From Candidatus Saccharimonadota bacterium (GTDB taxonomy: Bacteria > Patescibacteriota > Saccharimonadia > Saccharimonadales > AWTP1-31), in NCBI GenBank assembly GCA_026395435.1, contig JAPLYT010000003.1:135328-199327 (forward strand): a stretch of 64,000 nucleotides of DNA. Direction: 5' to 3'. Each line of letters starts with the position of its first letter. The stretch's first letter is position 1. The position numbers and the translations under genes are program-made. Positions 9,004 through 19,652 of this stretch are shown piece by piece. The notes below the pieces were generated by a model. The model saw only the letters and a program-made list of their open reading frames with translations. It did no database searches and was not told the origin of the DNA.

Positions 9004-9651
9004 ATGAATAAACATGTTCAAAGAGCGATTCAGTCACTAACTATGGCAAGTCTGGGACTATTTTTGATCAGACTCTTGGTAAACAGAAATATCGATTACT
9101 GGTATCTTGTGTGGAATCTATTGCTGGCTTTTGTGCCGCTCGTTCTCATCATCTACATAGTAAAATGGCTAAAAAATCATCGATTATCGCACCCTGGAAC
9201 AATTGCGCTACTGTTTGCTTGGCTGAGCTTTCTGCCGAATAGTTTTTATATCATTACCGACTATATCCATCTTCTCGACACCAAAACTACTTCGCTGATG
9301 CTTGATATCGTCATGGTTTTTATGTTCTCTCTCACGGGTTTGATTGCTGGATTTGCTAGCGTCTATATCTTTGAAAAACTACTCGCCAAACGGTATTCGC
9401 ACAAGTCAGTCCAGGCGGTAAGTATGTCGATTTTTCTGGTCTGTAGTTTTGCCATATATCTTGGACGATATTTACGGTGGAACTCATGGGATTTGGTCCT
9501 AAACCCCATCGGTATTGTGTTTGATGTGTCTGATCGTCTCATTAACCCAACGGCATACGGTGTGACGTTTTCAACTACCGCCATATTCTTCTTATTCATC
9601 AGCAGTCTTTACTTTGCTGGTATCTATACGCTCAAAGCTGATAAAAAGTAG
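9004..9651 (+). CDS. DUF1361-like integral membrane protein
   Basis: WNLLLAFVP, PNSFYIITDYIHL, GRYLRWNSWD. Confidence 0.75.
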   Translation: MNKHVQRAIQSLTMASLGLFLIRLLVNRNIDYWYLVWNLLLAFVPLVLIIYIVKWLKNHRLSHPGTIALLFAWLSFLPNSFYIITDYIHLLDTKTTSLMLDIVMVFMFSLTGLIAGFASVYIFEKLLAKRYSHKSVQAVSMSIFLVCSFAIYLGRYLRWNSWDLVLNPIGIVFDVSDRLINPTAYGVTFSTTAIFFLFISSLYFAGIYTLKADKK

Positions 9652-9684
9652 TCAGTCGCCTCTGTTCAGGGTAGAATAGAGGCA

Positions 9685-11355
9685 ATGGAAACAATACAAA
9701 CGGCATTGCAGAAACTAATTTCGTCACTTTTTGATGGCGATGAGGTGGTTGAACTCACCCGAACTGAACCCGAGTTCGGAGATTTTTCGACCAATATTGC
9801 CATGAAGATGAGCAAACGATTGGGCCAAAACCCTCGTACTATTGCCGAAAAATTAATCCCCGAAATTCAAAAAATACCCGGGGTAAAAGAAGTCACGGTT
9901 GCTGGACCGGGGTTCATTAATCTACGGTTGAATGACGATGTTATAGCTGCGATGCTCGTGTCAGCAACAAGTACCCCGCAATCTTTAGCCGGCAAAGTGA
10001 TTGTGGCTGAGTATTCCGACCCAAACCCTTTCAAGATCTTGCATGCAGGCCATCTTTATACAAGTGTCGTGGGTGACGCCATTGCAAATATTATGCAAGA
10101 TGCCGGCGGGGAAGTTCATAGAGTGAACTTCGGTGGTGATGTTGGACTACATGTTGGAAAGACCATGTGGGCTATGATCAAAACTTTGGGCAGCGACAAC
10201 CCCTCAACGTTGAATGCTTTTAAGACGGTAGAACAACGAACGACATTATTGGCCGATAGCTATATTGCAGGCACTGCTGCATACGAAGATGACGACCATG
10301 CCAAAGAGGAAATAATCACTTTAAATAAAGCAGTCTACCAAGTGCATACGCAAAAAGATCACGAATCAAACTTGGCCAAAATATACTGGACAACTAGGAC
10401 ATGGAGCTATGATTATTTTGATAATTTTTATGACAGAATTGGAACAACATTCGAAAAATATTATCCAGAGAGTGAAGTCGCCGACTTAGGCCTCAAAGTA
10501 GTCAAAGACCACATGCAGCCAGGTATCTTTGAAGAGTCGGATGGAGCAATCGTTTTCAAAGGAGAACCATTTGGTCTGCACACGAGGGTCTTCATCAACC
10601 AACAAGGGCTCCCCACCTATGAAGCAAAAGATGTGGGGTTAATTTTCACCAAAAAGCATGAATATAACTTTGATATATCGGTGGTTATTACTGGCAACGA
10701 ACAAGAACAATATATGAAAGTGGTGCTGAAGGCCATTGAACAGTTTGACCCTGAAATCGTGAGCCAGACGAAACATCTGACGCATGGGCTTGTGAAGCTT
10801 AAAGGCGGCGTAAAGATGAGCAGTCGTAAAGGTAATATCCTGCGAGCAACCGACATCCTAGATGAAGCGAATGCTGCCAACGTAAAAGTATCTGGAAAAA
10901 CAGACGAACGCGTCACTCTAGGTGCAGTAAAGTATTCGTTTCTCAAAATACGAACCGGCGGTGATATCATCTACGATCCTGCTGAATCGGTAGCAACCGA
11001 AGGCAACAGCGGCCCCTATCTGCAATACGCACACGCTCGGGCACGGAGTATTGTCGCGAAATCTACCTCTGATATTGAAAAATCTATTTCTGAGCTTGAG
11101 CCTGGTGAGCGAACATTGGCGGTAAAATTGACCGAGTTTGGTGAAGTAGTCGGGCAAGCGGCAGAGAGTCTCACCCCGCATTTAGTGTGCACCTATTTGT
11201 ATGAATTATCACAAGAATTCAATCGATTTTATGAACACAACCGAGTGATCGACGACCCTCGCGAAGCAGAACGATTATACCTTGTGAACGTCTATGCATC
11301 GATACTCAAAAAAGGTCTTGAACTCCTCGGGATACACGCACCAGAAACTATGTAA
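9685..11355 (+). CDS. argS: arginine--tRNA ligase
   Basis: FGDFSTN, AGPGFIN, HAGH (HIGH), KMSSR, YLQYAHAR. Confidence 0.97.
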   Translation: METIQTALQKLISSLFDGDEVVELTRTEPEFGDFSTNIAMKMSKRLGQNPRTIAEKLIPEIQKIPGVKEVTVAGPGFINLRLNDDVIAAMLVSATSTPQSLAGKVIVAEYSDPNPFKILHAGHLYTSVVGDAIANIMQDAGGEVHRVNFGGDVGLHVGKTMWAMIKTLGSDNPSTLNAFKTVEQRTTLLADSYIAGTAAYEDDDHAKEEIITLNKAVYQVHTQKDHESNLAKIYWTTRTWSYDYFDNFYDRIGTTFEKYYPESEVADLGLKVVKDHMQPGIFEESDGAIVFKGEPFGLHTRVFINQQGLPTYEAKDVGLIFTKKHEYNFDISVVITGNEQEQYMKVVLKAIEQFDPEIVSQTKHLTHGLVKLKGGVKMSSRKGNILRATDILDEANAANVKVSGKTDERVTLGAVKYSFLKIRTGGDIIYDPAESVATEGNSGPYLQYAHARARSIVAKSTSDIEKSISELEPGERTLAVKLTEFGEVVGQAAESLTPHLVCTYLYELSQEFNRFYEHNRVIDDPREAERLYLVNVYASILKKGLELLGIHAPETM

Positions 11356-11520
11356 TGGGTGTGATAGCTGCATACAAAAGCAGTTGCGCAGCCATTCATA
11401 TCATGAGCGAGCCATTCATTCGCTCGGATATCTTATCCTTAACGACCCGATTCGGGCTGTCTATTTAGCCAAAAAGATATAGAATAAAAGCATAATAAGT
11501 ACATATACAAAGGAGTTTTT

Positions 11521-11925
11521 ATGAAAATTAATTATCCAGCACTTTATATCATCGCCTTAGCGGTTTTTGTAGCGTTCGACGGCATATGGCTTGGTTTGAT
11601 AGCCAAGAATCTCTATGCCACTGAACTTAAAGGGCTTATGACAGATCAGGTAAAATGGGGCGCAGCGGTGCTGTTCTATTTGTTGTTTATTGGCTTTTTG
11701 ATCTATTTTGCCATCGATCCTGCATTGCAAAGTCAGTCTGTTGCACTCGCAATGCAAAAAGGAGCGTTATTTGGCTTCGCTACTTACGCTACCTATGACC
11801 TAACGAACTATGCAACGCTCAAAGGCTTTCCACTTAAGATCGTTATTATAGATCTCATCTGGGGCACCGTGCTGAGCGCAAGCGTTACCTCTGTAGCATA
11901 TTTGGCGTATACAAAGTTTATATAA
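11521..11925 (+). CDS. DUF2177-like membrane protein
   Basis: DGIWLG, YATYDLTNYATL, DLIWG. Confidence 0.8.
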   Translation: MKINYPALYIIALAVFVAFDGIWLGLIAKNLYATELKGLMTDQVKWGAAVLFYLLFIGFLIYFAIDPALQSQSVALAMQKGALFGFATYATYDLTNYATLKGFPLKIVIIDLIWGTVLSASVTSVAYLAYTKFI

Positions 11926-11945
11926 AAATATAATCGGAGTAGAGC

Positions 11946-12275
11946 ATGAGCAAACAACTTAAAGGGTTTATGGATTTTGTGCGTGAGCAAGGTGTTGTTG
12001 GCTTGGCCGTTGGTCTTGCCATTGGAGCATCAGCGGGCGCTGCCGTGAAAGCAATTGTGGATGGCTTTATTAGCCCACTTGTTGGTTTTATTTTAGGTGG
12101 GACTAATTTGTCAGCTACAAAGTGGGATACGGGGCTTAGTCGTGGTGGGCACGAACTCGTTTTCGCTTGGGGCGCTATCTTGAATGCCATTATCGTACTG
12201 CTCGCAACCGCTGCAGTAATCTACTATATTATTCATGGTTTGAAACTTGATAAAATCGATAAAACCAAGGTATAA
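11946..12275 (+). CDS. mscL: large-conductance mechanosensitive channel
   Basis: FMDFVREQGVVGLAVGLAIG, two TMs, WGAILNAII. Confidence 0.9.
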   Translation: MSKQLKGFMDFVREQGVVGLAVGLAIGASAGAAVKAIVDGFISPLVGFILGGTNLSATKWDTGLSRGGHELVFAWGAILNAIIVLLATAAVIYYIIHGLKLDKIDKTKV

Positions 12276-12408
12276 CCTTTTTCAAACGCTAAGAACGGCC
12301 ATTGGATATATCTGACTGTTTTTTACATACATTCAAAGAAACTAGGTATGCACCATGTACTTTTAGGTATATTTTGGAAAAACATAGGCAACCTCGTATG
12401 ATGAAGGT

Positions 12409-12786
12409 ATGAAAACAAATCCAAAACTTACCCCAGAACAAGTCAAAGTTCTCCAAGAAAAAGCGACGGAAGCACCGTTTACGGGTAAGTATCTTCATAA
12501 CGAAAAAGACGGTATGTATACATGCGCCAACTGTGGAGCCGAACTTTTCGCCAGCGGCACTAAGTTTGACAGTGGCAGCGGATGGCCAAGTTTCTATGAC
12601 GTGGCCAAATCTGGCGCGGTTAAACTGATTGATGATGTATCTATGGGGATGACTCGCACTGAAGCAGTCTGTGCAAATTGTGGCGGTCACCTGGGGCATG
12701 TCTTTGACGACGCCTATGATCAGCCAACGGGGCAGCGGTATTGCATTAATTCGCTCAGTCTAGACTTTAAAGAAACCAAGAAATAA
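12409..12786 (+). CDS. msrB: peptide-methionine (R)-S-oxide reductase
   Basis: [30 protein letters not shown], two CxxC. Confidence 0.97.
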   Translation: MKTNPKLTPEQVKVLQEKATEAPFTGKYLHNEKDGMYTCANCGAELFASGTKFDSGSGWPSFYDVAKSGAVKLIDDVSMGMTRTEAVCANCGGHLGHVFDDAYDQPTGQRYCINSLSLDFKETKK

Positions 12787-12792
12787 CGTTCT

Positions 12793-13125
12793 TTACAGGG
12801 AGTAGTATTTCTCGCCCCACACGGCCAACTGTTGAAGGGCAGGGATGAAGTCATTTCCTTTGGAGGTAATGGTATATTCAACGCGCGGAGGAGTCTCGGC
12901 AAAAGATTTCTTAGTAATTATGCCTAGTCGTTCCAGGTCATCAAGTCGTTGAGACAGTGTCCGGGGGCTAATGCCAGTAAGCGATCGCTCGAGTACACTA
13001 AATCTTTTGGGTCCTGTGGTTAGATCTCGGAGTATGAGGGCAGACCACTTATTGCCCAATACGCTCAAGGCCGATGCCAGGCAGCCGTCTTTGGATTCAA
13101 TATTTGAGCAATCATTATGTTTCAT
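12793..13125 (-). CDS. HxlR/DUF24-family (YodB/HypR-like) winged-helix regulator
   Basis: N-terminal GC, KWSALIL, GISPRTLSQRL, PPRVEY. Confidence 0.92.
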   Translation of the reverse strand: MKHNDCSNIESKDGCLASALSVLGNKWSALILRDLTTGPKRFSVLERSLTGISPRTLSQRLDDLERLGIITKKSFAETPPRVEYTITSKGNDFIPALQQLAVWGEKYYSL

Positions 13126-13161
13126 ACTTTACATTGTATAGTTTTAAGATTATAGTTCCTA

Positions 13162-13176
13162 CTATACAAAGTATAG
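13162..13176. promoter_or_regulatory. candidate HxlR-family operator
   Basis: CTATAC-AAA-GTATAG inverted repeat in the divergent regulator/nitroreductase intergenic region. Confidence 0.5.
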
Positions 13177-13198
13177 CACAATCAAAAAGGAGATATGT

Positions 13199-13834
13199 AT
13201 GAATGACACAATAATCAAAGCCCTCAACTGGCGCTATGCCGTCCAAAAGTTTGATACGACTAAAAAGCTAGCTCAAAAAGATCTCGACACCATACTCGAA
13301 TCAGGGCGCATGGCTCCAAGTTCATTTGGTATTGAACCATGGCATTTCGTGGTGGTAGAAAACAAAGAATTACGTCAGCAGCTTCATGATCAGGCGAGTC
13401 CTCAGCCAAAAGTAATTGATGCGCCAGTATTCGTTGTCGTTGCAAAGCGCACCGACGTTCGAGAAGTAATGGCCGATGAACGAGTAGCCCGAACAGCTAA
13501 AGTCACCCATATGGACGAAAGTAACTTCAAAGGTCTTGGCGACATGATCAGTGGAGTGGTGGCTTCACGTGACGACGTTGCACTTAACACCTGGATTACA
13601 TCACAAGCTTACATACCACTTGGCATGATGCTTGAAACGGCGGCTCTACTCGGCATAGACGCCGGGCCAATGGAAGGCTTTGACCATGCCAAGTTCGATG
13701 AATTACTCGGTCTAACCGAGAAGAATCTGGCTAGTGTTTACGCAGTAGCGTTTGGCTATAGGGGTGATGATCCCGCTGCAGCCCGACCAAAGGTTCGCCG
13801 AGCTGCAGAAGAAGTGACTACAGTTCTTAAGTAG
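13199..13834 (+). CDS. NAD(P)H-dependent nitroreductase (NfsB-like)
   Basis: WRYAVQKFD, APSSFGIEPWHF, GIDAGPMEGFD, FGYR. Confidence 0.93.
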   Translation: MNDTIIKALNWRYAVQKFDTTKKLAQKDLDTILESGRMAPSSFGIEPWHFVVVENKELRQQLHDQASPQPKVIDAPVFVVVAKRTDVREVMADERVARTAKVTHMDESNFKGLGDMISGVVASRDDVALNTWITSQAYIPLGMMLETAALLGIDAGPMEGFDHAKFDELLGLTEKNLASVYAVAFGYRGDDPAAARPKVRRAAEEVTTVLK

Positions 13835-13918
13835 TTGTTAGCACAGTAATTGGACAAATAGCCCTAAATTGTTATAAAATTATGACACGATATAGATAGT
13901 TTTGAACTGGGGAGCATA

Positions 13919-14377
13919 ATGTCAGAAATTGGTAATGATTATTTTAGTGAAGCAGTAATTTTTGTAGAAGATACGGAATCTCGACGCGTTCTTCTAAAAG
14001 TCTTAGAAAATCCGTCTGCCACAACTGAATCAGGCTTACTTGGTATAGACGGAGAAGGTCACCCCATAGCTAACCTTCATGACTATACAGGGAGCTCTCT
14101 CACCGACACGGCTGCAGCCTTGTTGGCTCGAGGAATATATGAGACTGTCCGTAGCGACGAGATAATTTTGGCCCCAGAATCGGATTTTGATCATGGTCCA
14201 GACAATCGTATGGTAAATCCTTTTAAATATCTACGAGACATCAACGCGCAGCCACAACAGCAACAATTGACTACCCAACCTCAGGAAGCCGCACCTGAGC
14301 TACCCCAACCAGTCAGCACCAAGCATTCTGCATGGGGTCGGATCGTTACTTACTTAGCAGCAAGGAAGTCATCCTGA
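13919..14377 (+). CDS. hypothetical protein
   Basis: 152-aa ORF with SD GGGGAG. Confidence 0.65.
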   Translation: MSEIGNDYFSEAVIFVEDTESRRVLLKVLENPSATTESGLLGIDGEGHPIANLHDYTGSSLTDTAAALLARGIYETVRSDEIILAPESDFDHGPDNRMVNPFKYLRDINAQPQQQQLTTQPQEAAPELPQPVSTKHSAWGRIVTYLAARKSS

Positions 14378-14498
14378 GCCAATCACCGGCTTATAGCTGT
14401 TTGGAATGTGTAGTTTTACTGCCAAATATGTATACAAAGAGAATGAAATTGCCAATAAGTAAACAACACCAAAGGATAATACTGGTACAATAACTCCA

Positions 14499-15053
14499 AT
14501 GAAAGACAAAAATAGTATTCCAACTAAGCTATTCTGGGTAGATCTAGAGATGACTGGACTCGACGCCAACAACGATGTGATACTCGAAATTGCCGCCGAA
14601 GTAACCGATTTTAATTTTCGAACTATCGCCAGCTACGAAGCTCGTATCAAACATCCTCGTGAGCTCGTCGCCAGTCGTATGCAGCTCAATAACTGGTGGC
14701 AGTCATACCCTCACAACAGAGATGAATTTTTAAAGAAATTGGATAAGGGTAAAAAACTGAGCGTCGTCCAAGATGAGCTCGTAGCGCTTCTTGATGATCA
14801 ATTCGGCAAAGAGCCAGCAGTGCTGGCAGGGAATTCAATCCATAGCGATCGTGCGTTCATTAAATCATATTGGCCAGAGCTTGATCTCAAATTACATTAT
14901 CGAATGCTAGACGTCAGCAGTTTCAAAATTCTGATGCAGGGCAAGTACGGTCACGTGTTCGACAAAGACTCAAATCATCGGGCATTTGACGACATCCAAG
15001 CATCCATTGCTGAATTGCAAGACTACATTAAGTGGTTTAATCATGAATCATAA
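14499..15053 (+). CDS. orn: oligoribonuclease
   Basis: WVDLEMTGLD, GNSIHSDR, LHYRMLDVSS, HRAFDDI. Confidence 0.95.
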   Translation: MKDKNSIPTKLFWVDLEMTGLDANNDVILEIAAEVTDFNFRTIASYEARIKHPRELVASRMQLNNWWQSYPHNRDEFLKKLDKGKKLSVVQDELVALLDDQFGKEPAVLAGNSIHSDRAFIKSYWPELDLKLHYRMLDVSSFKILMQGKYGHVFDKDSNHRAFDDIQASIAELQDYIKWFNHES

Positions 15054-15411
15054 ACAAGTCGAAGAATATCTACTTAGTTTTCCCAATACCCGGCTCGACT
15101 ATCCTTTTGGTAAAGACACGGCGGTCTACAAAGTGAAGACTGCCGATGACGCCGAAGGTGACGATAAAATGTATGCACTTATTGCCGAAGGTTCAGATCC
15201 GCTCCGATTAAGTCTAAAATGTGATCCTCAGCTTGCCAAATTACTTCGAGAGAAGTACATCACGGTCATGGAAGGCTATCATCTCAACAAAAAGCACTGG
15301 AACACCATTATCTTAAGTGGTGAAATCGAATGGGAAGAGATTCAAGGCTTTATTCATCATAGTTATGATCTTGTCATTGGGGCCGAAAACGCGATCCCAA
15401 AAATAGGTTAG
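15043..15411 (+). CDS. MmcQ/YjbR-family DNA-binding protein
   Basis: DYPFG, LKCDP, GYHLNKKHWNT; start re-called to ATG 15043. Confidence 0.9.
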   Translation: MNHKQVEEYLLSFPNTRLDYPFGKDTAVYKVKTADDAEGDDKMYALIAEGSDPLRLSLKCDPQLAKLLREKYITVMEGYHLNKKHWNTIILSGEIEWEEIQGFIHHSYDLVIGAENAIPKIG

Positions 15412-16070
15412 TTGCCAATATCTTTAAGCATTAGAGAAACGCCATTTTCGGCATTCTGGAGTATGAGTTTGTTTTGAGGATTTGAAGTACTAGCTCTAAC
15501 TGATTTCAACTCTGCTTGGTACTTTAGGAGCTCGGCTTTCATATAATTCTTGAATGCTGCGTCGTAGCCATTATTTCGAGCAGCAGTTGCAAGTGCTGCA
15601 TCGGTTTTAGGGTTCTTTTTGAGATTAAGTACTTTTTCGCTCAGTTTTTGGCTCTTTTTTGGGAGCATCTTCGTCACTTGCACTTGAGTAGTCTTCACAC
15701 TGAGCGAAATGTTGCTAGCCACGACCACTGTTTTAGTATCACGAACCGATTTTTCGGTTTGTGAAGCATTGGCTACGCGGATGATTTCGGCTTGTTCTTG
15801 GATGAGGCCAGTTAGTTTAGTGACGTTAGAGCTACTCCCGCTACCGAGAATTGAGGCTAAGATAAAACCTGCAACAATAAGTACGAATAGTCCGCCAGCT
15901 ATAATCATCACACGTGTTTTAGTGGAATTACCTGAAGGCAACGAAAATGCGCTTTTAGGCGCTGGCGCAGGACCAGAGTTCATGAAGAAATCATACTGAT
16001 TGGGAGCCCCTGTGGGTGCCGGGGTGGGGGCTGGTGGTGTCTGAGGCGTATTCGGGTCTTGTGGCTGCAT
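15408..16070 (-). CDS. membrane-anchored hypothetical protein (Pro-rich N-terminus, one TM, basic helical domain)
   Basis: QYDFFMN, TM IIAGGLFVLIVAGFILASIL; start re-called to ATG 16070. Confidence 0.75.
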   Translation of the reverse strand: MQPQDPNTPQTPPAPTPAPTGAPNQYDFFMNSGPAPAPKSAFSLPSGNSTKTRVMIIAGGLFVLIVAGFILASILGSGSSSNVTKLTGLIQEQAEIIRVANASQTEKSVRDTKTVVVASNISLSVKTTQVQVTKMLPKKSQKLSEKVLNLKKNPKTDAALATAARNNGYDAAFKNYMKAELLKYQAELKSVRASTSNPQNKLILQNAENGVSLMLKDIGN

Positions 16071-16165
16071 AAGCACTATTTTAACAGTCCACGTCCAGTA
16101 GTCCAAAGCATAGCTGTAATCTGCTTATACTTTCTACTTTACTGATTTCACTCTAAACTAAAAGC

Positions 16166-17944
16166 ATGGACGCGGTAGAAGAGATTAAAAGCAGGTTGAG
16201 TATAGACGACGTGGTGTCGCAGTATCTTGAATTGAAACGATCGGGCCGAAATTTCAAAGGCCTGAGTCCGTTTAGCCAAGAACGCACCCCCAGCCTTATG
16301 GTTAGTCCTGAAAAACAGATCTGGCATGACTTTAGTAGTGGCAAAGGTGGAGATATGTTCAGTTTCGTCATGGAACTGGAAGGAATAGATTTCAAGGCGG
16401 CACTTGATTTACTTGCTCGCCAGGCTGGCGTCGATCTCACGAAATTTCAGCGAGCAGGCAGTGGTGAAGCAGCTAAGCAAAAAGAATCGTTATATACCGT
16501 TCTCGAATTGGCCGCTAAATTTTATCAAGTGCACCTTGCTCGGAGTAAGAGTACGCTGCAGTATGTGGTAACGCAGCGAGAATTCAGTAAGCAAACGGCC
16601 ACGACCTATCGTCTGGGTTACTCACCAAATCAAGACGACGCACTCATCAAATTTTTACGGAGTAAAGGTTTTACGGACGATATCATCAAAAAAGCCGGGC
16701 TTGGCACAAAACGATATCGTGGCTTTGGTGATATGTTCCGTAATCGACTGATGGTGCCGCTGCAGGACAGTACCGGGCGGGTTATTGGCTTTACGGCGCG
16801 ACAACTCGACGCTAACCCCGATGCCCCCAAGTATATCAACACACCAGCAAGCCCGGTGTACGATAAAAGTCGCCACGTCTTTGGACTGCATCTGGCAAAA
16901 GATGCCATTCGTAAACAAAACTACGCGGTCGTGGTTGAGGGTAACCTGGATGTTATTGCCAGTCATCAGGCAGGCGTCGAGAATGTTGTTGCAACTGCGG
17001 GGACGGCCCTCACCGATGCCCATTTGAAGGCTCTCAGTAGATTCACCGCCGACATCCGTTTAGCATTCGACCAAGACGAAGCCGGTCTTCGGGCAACCGA
17101 ACGGGCCATCCCGATTGCCAGCAGTGTTGGGGTCAGTTTGAGTATTGTCAGTGTGCCAGAAGGCAAAGATCCCGATGAGTTGTGCAAAAAAGATCCCGAA
17201 GCGTGGAGGCAGGTGGTCACGAAACCACAATACGCAATTGATTGGATCATGGACCGCTATGCAAGCATTCTTGATCTTTCTACCTCGCAAGGGAAGCGAA
17301 CGTTTAGCGACCGCGTTCTAGCAGTAATCGACGATCTCAGCGATAGCGTCGAAAAAGACCACTATCTCTCGAAAACAGCCGACATGCTGGGGGTGAGCGT
17401 TGAAGCACTCCGACTCAAATCAGCCAAAGTTGTTCGCAAGGCGCCCGTGCAGGAGGTCAAGAAATTACCCGAAATGCCATTGGTTGATGGCGGCACAGCC
17501 GATCAATTAAAGGCTCAGAATAAAATCATGGCTCTGACCCTTTTCTTGCCAAGTCTTCGCAGCTATCTCGACCCACTCACGCCCGATATGTTCCTCAAGC
17601 CGGAGGCCCAATCTCTACTTAATTTCTTAAAATCAGCACCAGAATACAGCTATGAGAATGAGAGGGAAGGCACCTCTGACATCCATCTGTTGCCCGAAAT
17701 CGTAGAATATGGTAAAATTCTGTCATTATTATATGAAGAACTCTATCAGAATCTCGAGGTTATAGAGCTTCGTTATGAAGCCACTCGATTGCAGATTCGT
17801 CAGATAGAAACGTACGTAAAAACGAAAAAAAGCCAGCTCGCACGTGCCATGCAAACGGCTAATGAGCAAGAGACAGATCAACTGCTCGAGGCGGCAAAAA
17901 AGCTCGATGTTCTATTAAAGTCAGCCAAGGAGACCCACAAATAA
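16166..17944 (+). CDS. dnaG: DNA primase
   Basis: [36 protein letters not shown]; adjacent to rpoD. Confidence 0.97.
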   Translation: MDAVEEIKSRLSIDDVVSQYLELKRSGRNFKGLSPFSQERTPSLMVSPEKQIWHDFSSGKGGDMFSFVMELEGIDFKAALDLLARQAGVDLTKFQRAGSGEAAKQKESLYTVLELAAKFYQVHLARSKSTLQYVVTQREFSKQTATTYRLGYSPNQDDALIKFLRSKGFTDDIIKKAGLGTKRYRGFGDMFRNRLMVPLQDSTGRVIGFTARQLDANPDAPKYINTPASPVYDKSRHVFGLHLAKDAIRKQNYAVVVEGNLDVIASHQAGVENVVATAGTALTDAHLKALSRFTADIRLAFDQDEAGLRATERAIPIASSVGVSLSIVSVPEGKDPDELCKKDPEAWRQVVTKPQYAIDWIMDRYASILDLSTSQGKRTFSDRVLAVIDDLSDSVEKDHYLSKTADMLGVSVEALRLKSAKVVRKAPVQEVKKLPEMPLVDGGTADQLKAQNKIMALTLFLPSLRSYLDPLTPDMFLKPEAQSLLNFLKSAPEYSYENEREGTSDIHLLPEIVEYGKILSLLYEELYQNLEVIELRYEATRLQIRQIETYVKTKKSQLARAMQTANEQETDQLLEAAKKLDVLLKSAKETHK

Positions 17945-17945
17945 T

Positions 17946-19073
17946 ATGGTAAAAAAACAAGCCCCTAAAAAAGACCAGACACCACCAACCCGCGAAGAAT
18001 CAAAAGCAGAATTAGTCGCCAAGGCAAAGCTAACTGGTGAAATTGCTCAGCGTGATATTACGGCCATTTTCCCCGACACCCCAGACAACGTTGATTTGCT
18101 TGATCATCTCTATACCGAACTTGCCGACAACAATATTAAAATTACCACCGCAGCTGATGCCAATGGCCCAGAATTTAGCGAAGATTGGGTAGCTGAAGAT
18201 AACGAAGAAATTGTTATTACCGACAAGCTATATCTCGATGACGTAGCCGACGACTCAGTTCGTTTGTATCTTCGTGAAATTGGTAAAATCCCGCTTCTCA
18301 AGGCCGACGAAGAGTTGGCACTTGCCCAACGGGTAGTCGCTGGCGATAAAGATGCCAAAGACCAAATGGCCGAAGCCAACATGCGACTTGTCGTCAGTAT
18401 TGCTAAGCGTTACGTTGGTCGTGGTCTTGATCTGCTCGATCTTATCCAAGAAGGTAATACTGGGTTACTGCGCGCTGTCGAAAAATTCGATCCAGACAAA
18501 GGATTCAAATTTAGTACCTATGCAACATGGTGGATTCGTCAGGCTATTACGCGTGCTATTGCCGACCAAGCCCGAACCATTCGTATCCCGGTACACATGG
18601 TAGAAACCATCAACAAATTGCTTCGTACGCAACGTCGCCTAACCCAAGAACTCAACCGTGAACCTTCAAACGAAGAGATCGCCAAAGAGATGGAAATCGA
18701 CGTCGAAAAAGTCGAACACATTATGAAGATCAAACAGGACATTAGTTCACTCGACGCTTCAGTACGTGACGACGAAGAAGACTCTGTTCTTGGTGATTTC
18801 ATCGAAGATGAAGATACCGTTAGCCCTGAAGAATCAGCCACTGGCCAGCTACTCAAAGAACATGTCAAAGACATGCTCGGCGCACTCACCGAACGTGAAC
18901 AAAAAATTCTTAAACTCCGTTTCGGCCTTGAAGACGGCAAAAGTCACACACTTGAAGAAGTAGGGCAGGAGTTTAACGTTACCCGTGAACGTATCCGGCA
19001 GATTGAGGCTAAGGCACTCGCCAAGCTTCGCAAACACAAAGACGCCAAGAAACTCCACGACTACATCTCATAG
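17946..19073 (+). CDS. rpoD: primary sigma factor RpoD
   Basis: [44 protein letters not shown]. Confidence 0.98.
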   Translation: MVKKQAPKKDQTPPTREESKAELVAKAKLTGEIAQRDITAIFPDTPDNVDLLDHLYTELADNNIKITTAADANGPEFSEDWVAEDNEEIVITDKLYLDDVADDSVRLYLREIGKIPLLKADEELALAQRVVAGDKDAKDQMAEANMRLVVSIAKRYVGRGLDLLDLIQEGNTGLLRAVEKFDPDKGFKFSTYATWWIRQAITRAIADQARTIRIPVHMVETINKLLRTQRRLTQELNREPSNEEIAKEMEIDVEKVEHIMKIKQDISSLDASVRDDEEDSVLGDFIEDEDTVSPEESATGQLLKEHVKDMLGALTEREQKILKLRFGLEDGKSHTLEEVGQEFNVTRERIRQIEAKALAKLRKHKDAKKLHDYIS

Positions 19074-19085
19074 AAAGGTAGAGCC

Positions 19086-19652
19086 ATGAAAATTATAGGA
19101 TTATCCGGAACGAATGGATCGGGCAAGGATACCGTAGGCCATTTACTTGAAGAAAAGCACGGATATTTGTTTGCCGACGCTACAGCAATGCTGGGAGCAG
19201 AGCTCGACAAACGTGGATTGACTCATGAACGGGTCAATAAAGCTGCCTTGAGCGCCGAATGGCGCCGTGAGAGCGGTATGGGCGTGATTATTGATAAAGC
19301 TCTTGAAATGTTTAATGCTGGTGATTACAAAGGTTTGATCGTCGGTAGTTTGCGGCATCCAGGAGAAGCAGATCGTGTCCATGAGATTGGCGGGATGGTG
19401 CTTTGGGTAGATGCTGATCCTCAAATCCGGTACGACCGAATTAGTGCCAATAACCGGGGCAGAGTTGAAGACCAGAAGACGTTTGAACAATTTCTTGCCG
19501 AGGAAGCATCCGAAATGTCTCCTTCTGGAGATGCTGCCACGCTCAACATGGGAGCGGTCAAGGAACAGGCCGATTACGTTATCCAAAACAACGGCAACGA
19601 CATCGAACAATTCAAAGTAGATGCCGAAAAAACACTCGCTAGTTATTTGTAG
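19086..19652 (+). CDS. P-loop nucleotide kinase (dephospho-CoA/dNMP kinase-like)
   Basis: GTNGSGKDT Walker A, SLRHPGE, RYDRI..R lid motif. Confidence 0.75.
   Translation: MKIIGLSGTNGSGKDTVGHLLEEKHGYLFADATAMLGAELDKRGLTHERVNKAALSAEWRRESGMGVIIDKALEMFNAGDYKGLIVGSLRHPGEADRVHEIGGMVLWVDADPQIRYDRISANNRGRVEDQKTFEQFLAEEASEMSPSGDAATLNMGAVKEQADYVIQNNGNDIEQFKVDAEKTLASYL

Noticed and set aside
11356-11520. Small hairpins and duplicated GCCATTCAT downstream of argS as an ncRNA or small ORF
   Set aside because: Stems are short, no recognisable family, and the possible 37-62 aa ORFs lack support
14369-14572. 67-aa hydrophobic ORF on the - strand
   Set aside because: Overlaps the orn start antisense and lacks a credible start signal
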